64,000 nucleotides of DNA from Takakia lepidozioides. Lineage: Eukaryota; Plantae; Bryophyta. The stretch is from contig CM060734.1 of the NCBI GenBank assembly GCA_030704615.1, positions 24,366,001 through 24,430,000 of the forward strand, written 5' to 3'. A model generated the notes under the pieces. It was not told where the DNA came from. It did not search any database and saw nothing but the letters and a program-made list of their open reading frames with translations. Shown one piece after another: positions 24,701 through 37,450 of this stretch. A program made the translations under genes and the position numbers. Position 1 is the stretch's first letter, and each line of letters begins with the position of its first letter.

Positions 24701-26870
24701 CCCTCTAATCAATATCCCCACGGACATATGCATCCTCTCACATCCTCTCTACAATCTCCCTGGTTTGAAGTCAGGCCACCTTCATTCCATTTCTCAAAAT
24801 CTTATCTCCTACATCAGTCTTGCTTGAGAGCTCCTAAGTCAAAGCAACAACAACTATTCCTACGTGAAAGAACCAGAAACTATTTCTAAGTCTGAGAGAA
24901 GAGCCATGCATCTACGAACTTAGCTGTCTTATACTCCAGTGAAGCGGTGGGATTGCCTGCCCGAAATGGCACCTCACCATCTCTGTCAACAGCTACCCTA
25001 ACTCCTCTTGTCGTCTGAATGCCACGTTGTAAAAACAAAGATCTATGCATGTCAGATCCTGTCATCGCTCTGCCACTCCACCTTTCATATATTTGTCGAT
25101 TCAAGCGTTCAGTGAGTCATGACGGCTCTGCTTCAGCCCATGGCAGTAACCCTGTCGCTTGCCAACTAACTACCCTATCCCACCATCTCTGCTAATCTAC
25201 CCTAAGATCTGATATGATCTTATAACAAGAAGATAGTCATCATCTGAAAGCTTCTTGCTCTGTACATTTCACTCCTTGCCTCCTTATTTACAGATGACCT
25301 GATTCACTGTCCACAAGCCAATGCCCTCATTCTGGCGATTGCACTAGTCAACATGTGGCCAAGTCAATAATCCCATCGCTGCCCGTCATCTGGCAGCAAT
25401 TGTTTCTCCCACAAGTGCAGCTTTCAATAATCGCACATGAATGCAATGGCGGCAGTATCAGTTTGCACACCCTACCTCTGGCAGATGCTCGTCATGTCGA
25501 GCTGCTCCTTCACCTTTACTTCTGTCAGTAGCACATGATATTACTTCCCTTGCCCTTCATGAATCGTCCTGCAGCACTCCCTTTCTTCAAAGCTATGAAA
25601 CGATTACTGCACTGCCTCCCTTCACCTGGCTTGAGCACAAATTACCTAATTGTTCCTTGCACGATTATCCTCCAGCAAGCCCTAAGCTACCCATTCACCA
25701 TAGCAGCGATGACACCGCCTGTTAATTGATTGCTCCATCGCATGCCACGCCGATCTCCCTGTAAGCATATCCTCCAGAAATCGATCATTACCAAGAAGAT
25801 GGCGGCACCGCTTTCCCTGCTGCACAGATTACCAAGCTGTGCCCTTATCCTGTACATTAACACTTCCCTTAATGCAAGCCAGATGCCCCAGCGTAGATGC
25901 AATCGCCCTTGACACAATGCCCTGCTAATTCCACTGTTCGCAGCATTTACTCAGAGCCCCCGTCATCTGCCCCTTCGTCTTCCTCGTCCCGCGTTTCTAG
26001 GGTAACCGCCAGTGACGAAAGTCATCCACTTTCACGAACGAAAAACGTGCTAGGTTTCATTAACAGAGTTAATCACAAATTCATTGCATCCTTGGCACTG
26101 GATCCTTCGTCCTCGTTCCTAGTAGTCATCCAGTAAGCATGGATGTAATCCATTCATCGTCCGGAAGAAAATACGCCTGGTCACGACTTAGCCACTTTCA
26201 TCCTGGCCAAGAGTTCCCCATCGTTCCCATGATGTAACCTAGAAACATGTATGGAATAAATTGCAGGGACAACTCAACCTATTTTCACATTGGTACCGGG
26301 GCCCTTTCTTTTGTAGAAATGTAGAATCTCGGTGAACAAAAATTTCAATGTCACTCCCCTGCATTCACACTACAACATTGCTTCTCGTCTTGTACTGAAA
26401 CCGGAGCTTGTGATCTGGAGGTTCCCCAACGACTTCAATGCCCCATTCTTTTATGCTGCTCTTCAATTTGTATATAGCTACATGCTCGGTCTTGTATCCC
26501 GGGGATCTGACAGATAAGAAATCCCCACAAATATTTGCAGACATTCCGGGTTGGCAGTCTTCGGGGGCCTGAGAACTGCAAAAGCCAGATGTCCTATATT
26601 TGATCAGGAAAACACCTCGACATTAATGTCGACGTTAGAAAATGTTTACGACGTGACCATGATATTTAATCACACTATCTTTTCCACATACAATGAAGGA
26701 CAAACCAAATCCCACAAGGTTTGTAAGCTCAAACACATTGAATAATCTTTGTAAATATCCATATTTTATTCACATCAGAGAGCGACTGAGATTTACGACA
26801 CATTCCTCAATAATGAGACAACATTACTCAAATGTCCAGAGACCAGTGTCTTCATCATAATGGATTCGGC

Positions 26871-27311
26871 CTAACCAAACAGGTTCCCAAAAGAGGACTC
26901 ATCTTGATCTTGACCTTGAGTTCCCGACAGCCCAAGAATCTTGGCACAGACGTTGTCCATGGGTAGTTCATATTCTTCGGGGTATGACGTGCGTGGAACG
27001 TAAGTCTTTGGACTGTATGTTTCTGGACTGTATGTTTCTAGAACATAGGTAGGGTAGAATAACATGTATTCATATGGCCGTTGGTTATCTCGTTTAGAGG
27101 AACGAATGTACTTTGGTGAGGTTGGCATATATTCAGCGGAGGACAGACAATATCCAGGCGAGTCTGCTGCCTCTGAACCGGATGATGAGTAGGCTATTTC
27201 AGGTGGTTCAATGAAGTCCGGAAGCTCGTATTCGGGAGTTCTGGGAATTGGGTAGAAGCTCGATGAGTATTCAGTCGTTTCATCCTTTCCAGAGTAATCA
27301 CTCATACACAA
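26871..27311 (-). CDS. Tyr/Ser/Pro-rich ORF with Pol II CTD-like heptads, inside a DNA transposon
   Basis: 146-codon open frame containing DSPG-YCLSSAE-YMPTSPK-YIRSSKR and TYSPE-TYSPK-TYVPR. It is flanked on both sides by copies of the element's GTCGAC palindrome. Confidence 0.4.
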   Translation of the reverse strand: MCMSDYSGKDETTEYSSSFYPIPRTPEYELPDFIEPPEIAYSSSGSEAADSPGYCLSSAEYMPTSPKYIRSSKRDNQRPYEYMLFYPTYVLETYSPETYSPKTYVPRTSYPEEYELPMDNVCAKILGLSGTQGQDQDESSFGNLFG

Positions 27312-28989
27312 CCACCTACGAACTGCCTCAGTTCACTCAAATACAAAAATAGTTTGAACCACCTCTCTAAAAAATTTGTTCCAAATTCTCAACGTCGACG
27401 TCCCTTCAGAGGAGACTAAGGAGTACTATTTTTGGAAACATTTCTTCTACTACCTATGTCGAATTCAGTATGATCCTAAGCAAGGGACAGAAGATTTTAC
27501 ATCAGGTCTAATGAACGTCAACGCAAATGTCGAGGTTTCAGATAAATATGTCAAGAAATAGTGGGACATTTCGCCACGAGACGCTAATGGTAAAAACCTC
27601 ACCCAACCTAGCTTGCCGCATCTTACCTCAGTATAAGAATCCAAATTGACCTCAGTGAAACTCAATCTCATGAAAACCGAACCTAACCCAACCTCTTTGA
27701 ACCGCTTTTCCCAACCTAACCTGACCTCATTAAACTCCACAACGTCGACACTCATGTCGATGTTCCTGGCATTAGCTTTTCATGATTATGTGAACCAGGA
27801 AGTTGTTTGCTATATTTCTAGATTTTCTAGATTTTCTAGACATTAATGTCGACGTTCTACGACTCATTATCGATCGTGTATGCATATGGTCTTATGATTT
27901 GTTGTCTCATATTTGGGAACTTGGAATGGTTACAAGTAGTGTTTCCATGGTACAAGTAGCGTCAATTATTTCCTATGCACTGTTTATGCATGTGCAGTGC
28001 ATTACATTAGCAATTGAAATTGCAGTATTCGAAATACGATTTGAAAGTTTGGGGCTCTTTGCATTTGGGTGGTGCAGTTTTGGATCTATGGTTTGGAGCC
28101 AAGTTAAGACAAGATAAAACAATAGAAATCAAGGGAAACAAGACAACACAATGAGTTAATAAGTTTGCAATTTTACCTGCTACTGGATGCCATGTCGAAG
28201 TACTTCGGTGTGTCTTGGAGGCTTCCAAATAAATGCTTCAAATGCCCTCTATCCACTGATTGACCCTTTCACAAATACATATATTAGCTTGAAAGGTATA
28301 AAAAGAGATCTAATAAGGACAATGGAAAAAGGTAATCAATATGGTGGTAATGACAAGAACTTCTGGTTGGCCCTAGTCTATTGTACCAAAGCCATTAGAA
28401 GACCTGAAATAAACTCGGGGGGGAAGCCCGAACAACAAATAGAAGCTCACAGGGAAATGAAGATTGCAATTGCCGCAAACTGAAGATAATATTCCTTATC
28501 TAATTTAATCCGCTTGCCTCTCTCCCCTCTCCCTCCTTCTCTATCTCTTAGGACAGGAAGCCCGAACATCAAATAGAAGCTAAGAGGAAAAGAGATGCAA
28601 TTGTCATTTTGTTGGCAACTTTAGACAATATTCAGTTTTCAAGACCTACTATTCTCTCCATTCTCTCTCTCATTCTCTCTCTCTTAGGGCAAGAAACCCC
28701 AACAACAAACACAAAGTGAGAGGAAAGTGAGATTGAAAATGAACCTAAAACATGCATTGCATCAATGCTCTCTCTCTCATCTTCCTCCTTCTCCCGCTTA
28801 GGCCAGGAAACCCAACTCGTGAAGTGCCTGCCGCATCTCCCTATGCACCATCCCACCACCCAACGCTCGCAGCTCCACCGCTCCAAGCTCGTCCCTCTCT
28901 CTCGTAAACTCCTCGATCGCAGAGCTTCAAAGTCCCTGCTCGCAGCAGAGGTGTGGAGGGCTGAAGAGTTAGGGCAACCCCCCCCCCCA

Positions 28990-30830
28990 CCCCCTCCGTT
29001 GGATTTGGCCAGATCCAACGGCATCGGCTAAATGAAAGACAAAATAAACAATGTCCAACCTGGCCGTTGGATGCTGGATCCAACGTCTTTCACAAAGTCC
29101 TGAAAAAGAAAACCCCCAAAAACCAAAAAAAACACACGCGCGGCACGTGGCGATGCGCCGAGCGTGCGGCCTGGCGTGGGTCAGTGTCGCCGACCCAAAA
29201 GAAAAAGAAAAAGAAAAACACACTGCTGCGTCTGGCTACGTGCGGTCGCGCCGAGCGTGCATCGGCGCCGCCACCCAAGGAAAAAAAAAAAAAAAAAACT
29301 GCCCCTGGATACGTGGCGACGCGTCGAGCGTGCGTCCCCGGCGCCGACAAAGGCCGCCGCCACCCAAAAAAAGCGGCCTAGTGTGGGTCCACGAGGCCTG
29401 GCAAAATCAGCGGGATCAGCCATCAAAAAACAAATTAAAAAAAAACAACAAAATCCAACGTCCGTTGGATCTTTCCAATCCAATGGTGGGGGTCTCTAAG
29501 AGACCTAACCCTAGCCGCCACCCCTGTGGTGACGCTTAGGTGAGATCTCTACGCCGTTGGATCTTCGAAATCCGACGGCTTCGGAAAACCCAAGCAGAAA
29601 TGTAAAATATAAAAAAATAAAATAAACATTATTATAATTCCAATAATACTGAACGGACGGACGCTGGATCTTTGCGATCCAACAGCCTCCATCCCAGGAG
29701 AAAAAAACCCAATATAAAAAATAATAGACATTAGATTTCGATAACAAAAAATAAAAAAACAACTTGGCGCACTTCAACATTTGAATTGCTCCTTATTACT
29801 TTGTGTTCAATATATATACTATGAACGATGGATGTACTTTCAAAATCTCATGTGTAGTTTGTTGGTATGATTGGCAAATTTGGGTCAAAAGGTTACAGGT
29901 TCGATCCCTGCGCCCTTTCCTTGCTTTGACTTGTAGGACTAGATTTATAATTACTCTCATGCAGGTAATTTTGCGTTGTTTTGCACTTTCAAGTATAATA
30001 AAAAATAGAAAGTAGATATTATCTAACTAGAAAATAAAATATAAAAAATAGGGTAAAAATTAGCAGTAGGTCCTCCCTTCCGTTGGATCCCTGTGATCCA
30101 ATGGTTTCCCAGCCTCCGAAAAAAAGCCAAAAAATAAAAAATCAGCTGCTGAGGGTTACGTCGAACCTCAGCGCACACGCCGAGGTCTTAACTATTGAGG
30201 TTCGACGTACACGTCGAGGTCTTAAATATTGAGCCCGCCACAAAAATAACCCCAGCCGCCACTGAGGTGCACATTCAGGTAAAATAAAAGATCGATAATA
30301 GATGATAACTAAGTGGAAAATAAACAAATAGTACATATGGAATTAAAAAAAAAAAACTGGTCCTCCCATCCGCTCGATCCAACGGCTCTCTGCTTCCCAA
30401 AAAATAAAATAAAAACAAAATAACAATCAATTGCGGATGGTGACGTCAAACTTCGGCACACACGTCAAGGTCCTTGCAATCAAATGACTTTCGCCCGACC
30501 CAAAAACAAAAGCCCAAAAAGAAAAATAAACGTGTTTGACCTAACCCTCCATGGTTGAGAGTTAGGTCAATTGACGCTCTCTCACAAAATAAAGGTAGGG
30601 TTTATGGCGGCGCCTGGGGGTTAGATCAAACATCACCACCGTTGGATCGCGATCGAGATCTTGACGATCTTGACGAGATCTTGAGATTGAGATCGAGATC
30701 TTGACGATCGAACGGACGGTGTGTGGCTTAACTCCGCGATGCGCCGTATGTCATCCGTTGGATCGTCAAGATCGTTCGACGTGTCGCGGGTTGTCTACGT
30801 CCGTCAGATTTGTGACAGTGCTAATCAACG
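28990..30830. repeat. GC-rich TE subterminal region with >10 dispersed CCGTTGGATC/GATCCAACGG motifs in both orientations
   Basis: Motif copies near 28997, 29011, 29064, 29077, 29452, 29462, 29554, 29676, 30080, 30376, 30639 and 30755, plus GATCTTGA repeats at 30650-30710. Confidence 0.7.
29851..29916 (+). pseudogene. Degenerate tRNA-like / Pol III promoter (SINE head)
   Basis: A-box-like TGTAGTTTGTTGGTA followed ~45 nt later by the T-arm CAGG-TTCGATC-CCTG. The anticodon arm and acceptor stem do not pair well. Confidence 0.4.
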
Positions 30831-32145
30831 GTTGGAGCACTTGATCCCTATGGTGCATTCTCAATCATTTGCATTGGCGCATTAACAGCGCCCTAACCAC
30901 CACTAGACCTGCTGGGAGTCCATATCCATGGCGGGAAGACTCCAGTCTCCATCCTTGTGCTCGTTTACGCACCTATGTGAGTGTACCACGTACACCACAC
31001 GCTTGGGGGTAGAGGTACATATATAATCTGTCATTCTGCACTCCTGCGTCTTTTCTTTCTCTCCTCAGTCTGTCCTCCTCAGTCTGTCATGTTTCGTGTA
31101 CCTTTGCATCAGCCAATATTCTTATGAATATTTGCCTTAAGCTTTAGGGTTTACCAAAGCATCTGTTGTGTAGACACGAGTTTATCGTCACATTATGTTC
31201 AAACACATAAGTGTTTGTTTTAGGTTTGAGAGACTTCAAGGTTTGCTTCATTTTTATATTTTTTCCACCATTACATACCTTAGTCTCCCTACATTTTTAC
31301 AGTCATCTTTATTTAACTATCATCCATATCTCATCCAACTGGATGATTATTCATCCATTTTTTATTCATCTATAGTAACGTCGACATTAGTGTCAACGTC
31401 TGGCGGATTGCTGCTTCTTCAATTTTTTAAATACAAACTAAAGTTTCATCACTTGACCTTCATTATGTCTCACATCACATCAAATATCTGAGAGTACCTA
31501 CTAGTGCATCTGCTTATGAGAGCATGTCTTCTTCCTCACTTGGTTTTTTTTCTAGGTTTTCATTAATATATTCATCTGATTTATTTTATGTCTTTTTTTT
31601 AGGATATCCAGTTACAACCGTTATTTTTTTCTATCTATCTCTATACGTCAAGACTAGAGAACGTCGACATTCATGTCGACGTTTTATTCTTTATATTATT
31701 TCTTATTTTTCTTGGTCTTCATCGACATATCCACATTATATACTCTAATTCTCTTAACATCTCTTTATTCGTCGAAGTCTTCTTTATCTCTATCTCCTAA
31801 TTAGGATATTCAGCTACAGTCTTTCTACTTTTCCTATTTATCTCTATCTGTAGAGACTAAGGAATGTTGACATTCATTTCGACATTCTGTCATTTCTCGA
31901 AATGGATTCCCTATCATCTGGTCTCAAAATCTTCTTCACAAAAAACGTCGAGGATTATAGTTGCAACTGGCAACTGCCTGAATGTGACTGGTGAAGGTCA
32001 GTGTCATGGACGTTCATTGACCTTATCAACAATTAGTGTGATAATCATTACATTTGAGAATGGCTATGGGACGATGCAATTGCCACATCCTCATATGGAT
32101 GCAGACACACTAACTGAGGCTCTTGGGACACCTGTCATATGAGAT

Positions 32146-35010
32146 TTGTGTGATATCTCTTTGGACTATCCTACCTCTAGTCCAGAATGTCCTTTCTCGT
32201 CCGAAGATGAAGATGGATTAGAAGAATCCGTGGATGGAGAAAATCCTCAGAGCCCTCTTGGAAGGAGTAATTGGAGAAATCGTATATGTATCCTCTTAAC
32301 AGAAGAAGGCGGTGACATCTACGAGGGAAGAATACACGCATGTATTCTGGATGAGGTGATACTTTGTGACAAACTCGGGGAGGACCATGTCGGTGTTCTC
32401 ATTACCAGGGTGCTAGTAAGAGATGGATCTCTTGTCCATTGTCAAGTGACCTTTGATTAGAACAAAATTATTGCAAAATGGAAGGTTGCTTTCGGAAGAT
32501 CTACAAAATTTCTACAGCTCCGAGATGGCTAGTGAACCGGAGGATGATGAGTGTGGTATAAGGAAGGTTCTTTACATGCATTTTTGTAGATCCAAAAGAA
32601 GTGTTGTTTTGGATAAGTCTAGGAAATCAAAAAAATTACTATTGGAAAAGTCTGTGAGAGAGGTCAGTAGCAAACCATATTATCAGCTTCGGTGCTGTCA
32701 ATTTTTTGATTGGAAGAAGACGCTTGCTCTTCGCACCACATTTTGGGGATCCACCTTCGACAATAGACGAGAGCTGGGATTTGACATTCCACGGAGACTA
32801 CACAGACTCGAAGGGTCAACTCGTCGAGCATACATTACCATTGAGGGAGTGGATATTTGCGAGAAGGCGTGGTGGACAATTCATGGAATGACATGTCAAC
32901 TTATATGGAGTACAAAAGACTCAGCAAAGAAGGGGTTATCTCTTCTCTGCATGGAAATTGTGGAATGAAGCGGCCCCGCCCAGCTGTGGAATGAAGGGAT
33001 GAGTGATTGGAACCTGATAGATTGCTGAAGCAATCTGATGCTTAAATATAAACAGTAAGGTAATTCGCTGACATGAAGGCATCAGGCTGAGGTCCGAACA
33101 TATTGTCTATCATTAATGAGAACAGTGATTTCATGCCACATAAGACGAGATGTATTGGTGAGGGGTGTCAAGATACACTCCGTGTATTACCTCCAGAGAT
33201 TAATTGGAAACGAGTGCGAGATGAGTCCAACGAGGCGAGTATTCTTTCTTATCTACTTCTTCTTTTGTACATCTCTATTAAGACAATGTGAATAAGATAT
33301 GATTTGGTTGAGCAAATTATAATTTTTTTACATCGATCGATCAATAGTCTTTATTTATCTACTACCTGTATCAGGCTGATGGGATTACTATAGGAGACCT
33401 CGACATTAGTGTCAACGTTCTAATATATTCTTGGGCGCACATGACAGACCAATCAGGTTCTGGGCTTAAGGCATATTTCTACTTCAGCGGTGAGTCAAAT
33501 TAGAAAGAAGATTTTCTCTAACGTCGAAGTCAGAGAAAGTAGAGGGACATTTGCAAAATGTACGGAGTGTGAGATGCTAAAGGACCTCATTAAGAAGTCT
33601 GTGAAAAGAAGTGCAACAGAATTCTAATGCATTAACAATTTTGATGCATTCTAAATTATGATGTCAACAGAATTCATATGCATCATTTATGATAAGATGG
33701 ATTATCGAAAGACTGCTCTTCCACATTTGCAAACAATGAACCAAGATGATTTCAGGCAATGAGCGCTTCCATTACCACGAAGATTGTATCTACAAATAGA
33801 CAATTGTGTCAAAGACAACAAGAACAAGTGGATGTTGGCGTTCTTATCACTGCTTACTGCAAGAGGGATGTTCGAAGAAATTCAAGTTGATATCCTTATG
33901 GTTGGCCACACGCATGAGGACATTGATGCTTATTTTAGTTACATTTCGAAGAAATTGAAAGAGAACAGCAGTTATGTTCTTTCCAATCTCATGAAAATTT
34001 TTATGGTATCTCAAGACCTACAGTTTATTCCACAAATAATTCAAGAAGTTCCAGACTTCAAGGATTTTGTCGATGGCTTTATTTTGGAGGGGAATGAGGC
34101 TTTGGTTAGAGCTACGGAAATGCATTTTTTTTGGTTTTTTGTTGATTCGGATGGTTGGCCTCTTATGCAATACAAAAAATCTGCAACAGATTCGGATTGG
34201 TTTCCAAAAAATAGCAATGTCAAAATGTGGAAAACAAAAGACGATGGTTCTCCAATGCTTCCAGTTGGACAACCAAAACTGCTCCGTAAGAGACCTATTT
34301 GGGGAGATGGTGATGAAGCATTGGAGAAACAATCTTGCATCAAGTCCGGTATTAAAAAGTACATGGATTTTTGGAAAAAAAAAATACGTTATTGGATGAT
34401 CAATATGGAAATATCATGAAACAATATGATCAATATTGGGCGGATATTCTTGAAGAACTTGACCTTCCGTTGGAGGAGCCAAATGACGAACTTATCGAAG
34501 GATTTTGGCCAACAACAAAATGGGTCGAGCACCACAGGAAAGACGGTGTTCATAGACAGTCTCAAGACGCATTGTCCGATAATGAAGATATTGTGGAACC
34601 GTATTGTGGGCCGAGATGTGACCGTCCGAAAATACCGTTAAATCCATTCAAGGATATTGAGAAGAGATTCTTTGTCTTTGTTCGCCCAAATGATACGGAG
34701 ATTTTTCCTGTTTGGATGAGAATGACAATATCGGATGTTGTACGAGATAGAGAAGATCGCAATTATAATAAGCTTCTTGTGGAGTGGTGGAGACCGAATA
34801 AAGGGGGCAATCCTACGGATGTAGATAGATACAAAGATTGTTGGTCCAAAAATTGGGGGTTCAACCCAATAGATCCCACTCAATGAATTCATGTTGACAA
34901 TATAGTGTGGACAATGTCGCCGAGAAAAAATACGACAAAAGCAAGCACAACTACAATGTTAGAGCAAATTTGGAACCAGCAAATCGTCAAGATAATGAAA
35001 ACTAAAATGG
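32146..35010 (+). mobile_element. Sola-like (DUF7869-type) DDE transposase gene, degenerate, in a large element spanning roughly 26.6-38.1 kb
   Basis: LYLQIDNCVKDNKNKWMLAFLSLL...MVGHTHEDIDAYFS (33784-34419), DKMD..KT.LP (~33690), FAKCTECEML (~33550), GVDICEKAWWTIHG and DFMPH. Introns, frameshifts and an internal deletion are present. Confidence 0.8.
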
Positions 35011-35229
35011 TATGAATGCAGACAACTCTCCAACTTTCTTGTTTCTTTGTAATGTTTTAAACCTCAATGACTTTGAATGATGGATAAAAAATAGTTGTTC
35101 TACTCAATTGTAATGTTGTTCATTCTTCTAGCCAAATTTGGACCACTTTCAATAAATTTTGTATGAATAAATTTTGTTAGAGTGGTTGGGATTAAAAAAA
35201 AAACCTTTTGCTTAGTAATACTTGCAAGT

Positions 35230-37450
35230 TTTTATATAACCTCCTAAATACTTTTCCATTTTATTTTTTTGATTGGTTTGGATTTTTTAATGACATTTTT
35301 ACAGGTCCTTAATGTTATTCTTTCATAATATTTGTTTCTTATCTAATATACTTTAACTTAGTTTAAGCCGAGTACCACAAAAATATCTTTGTAATGTTTG
35401 AAGCTTGATACTCGGAATTAATTGTTTTTCTAGCTTTGTGGTTGCATACTACAGTGGTTGGAATATTTAATTGAAAATTTGTATAGGTCCTAAATACTCT
35501 CCCACCACCCCTGTCATTCATCCTTTTGTCAGAGACTTAACCCTATAGCCTTAACCCTATAGCCTAAAACGTAGTTGCTACATTTGAAGCTCAATTAATT
35601 ACGTTTTCCAGCTTACATGTATGACAGAGTCATCGAGATATTTACTCGGAAATTCTTACTCTTCCATATATATTTTTTACTTGAAGTACTTTTGGGTATC
35701 CGAAACCATATACAGCAAAACCTCATTCAAGAAGTTCATTCAAATCAATTTTTGAGCTTTGGGTATAATATAAATTACAATGGTTAGAATATTATATTAA
35801 CTTGATTGTGTTTTAAAAATTATAGGTCCTAAATATTCATGCATACTTTTATCATATTTTTATTTCTTATAAACTTTATGCCCCTAAAACCTTATATCCA
35901 TGTTTGAAGCTTCTTAAGAAAACAAATTCCTACTTTGGAATACAATGCATTCAAGGTTGGGATATTTGATTGAAAAGTTTTTATAGGTTCCATATACTGT
36001 TGTTGTTTTTTTAAAGTTTTTATAGGACCTCGTACACAAACTGTCGCTTCCATATTAGTTTCTCATTGATATTTTTGTCCACCTCATATCCATGTTTGAA
36101 GCCCAAGTCCCGTGTTTGTTTTTGTTTTTGTTTTTGGTTTTTTTTCCTCCCATTCTAAAATTTTTCAGCTTTGGGGTATAATAGAGGGGACATGGTCGCA
36201 ACAAATTTTAATCCCAACATGTATAAGATTGAATTAGCTCATTACAACAATTGCTTAGTACTACTTGGTAGTAATTTTGTATGGAACTTCCTTATAAGCA
36301 CTTTTCAACCCTTTGTTTACATTGAATAGTTTTTTTTTTTTTTTGGACTAGTACTAAGCTTTGGGGAAGTTTATAGAATTTTATGATATTTTAATTGAGA
36401 GGTTTTATATGTCTTAATTACTCTTATAAATTTGTTTGTAAGGAAGTAAGTTTGTTTACACGTACCAAATTTTCTTACCCTAAATTCTAGTATGTCATCT
36501 TTTTTATTGTTTGAAGCTCATTATTTTTTTTCTCCCATTGATTCACTTTATAATAAGATAAAGTGGTCTGGATTTTTAATTGATATTTTTGTAGATCCTA
36601 AGTTCCATTCTTTCATATTTGTTCTTACCTATACTTTAGTTTAATAGCCTAAGCCCAATACCCCAAAAATATCTTTGTAATGTTTAAAGCTCACTCAAAA
36701 ATTTCTTTTCTAACTTTGGGGTTGCATACTACTAAGAGTTGTTGGAATATTGAATTGAAATTTTGTATTAGTCCTAAACAGTATCCCATTATTTGTATCA
36801 TTCACACTTTTGCTTGTTCTAAACCCTAGTAGACCCTAAAATGTAGTTTCCACATTTGAAGCTCATTGATTCATTTAATTCTAGCTTATATGTATGATAG
36901 AGTCCTCGGAATATTTACTTGGAAATTCTTATATGTTCTACACACTCTTCCAATTTTATTTTGTACTTGATAGTACTTTTACTTCTCCAACCCCCTATAC
37001 CCTAAATCTCATTCAAATATTTGAAGTACATTCAAATCATTTTTTCAGCTTTGGGTATAATACAATTATGGTTAAAATATTACTTGATTGAACGTTTTTA
37101 TAGGTCATAAACTTTCCTGCATATTTTGTGTGATTCATACTTATAATTTTTCTAAAACTGTATGCTCCTAAAACCTTATATCCATGTTGGAAGCTCGTTA
37201 AAAAGACACATTCTTACTTTGGGGTACAATGTATTCAAGGTTGAGATATTTAATTGAAAGTTCTTATAGGTTCGATGCATTGTTGTTTCTTTTTTCCCCT
37301 TTTCATATTTTTTTCTTATCCTAAACCCTACAATACCTCAAAACCTCACATCCCGAAGCGAGTCATTGAAAAAATAAATGTCCATAGCTTTGGAGTACAT
37401 TGATACATTGGGGTGGAGAAATTATTTCAATTAAAAATGTCTAGAAGATC
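35230..37450. repeat. AT-rich diverged satellite: ~150-210-bp monomers arranged in a ~1.28-kb higher-order duplication
   Basis: The anchor TTTGAAGCT...CTTTGG...GGTT.GA.ATTT.ATTGAAA...TATAGGTCC recurs near 35398, 35583, 35902, 36095, 36509, 36683, 36855, 37020 and 37187. Closest matches are ~1272-1285 bp apart (e.g. CCTAAAACCTTATATCCATGTT at ~35882 and ~37167). Confidence 0.75.

Noticed and set aside
28632-29780. Numerous overlapping ORFs in the GC-rich region
   Set aside because: They arise from low-complexity GC/A-run repeats and have no protein-like motifs.
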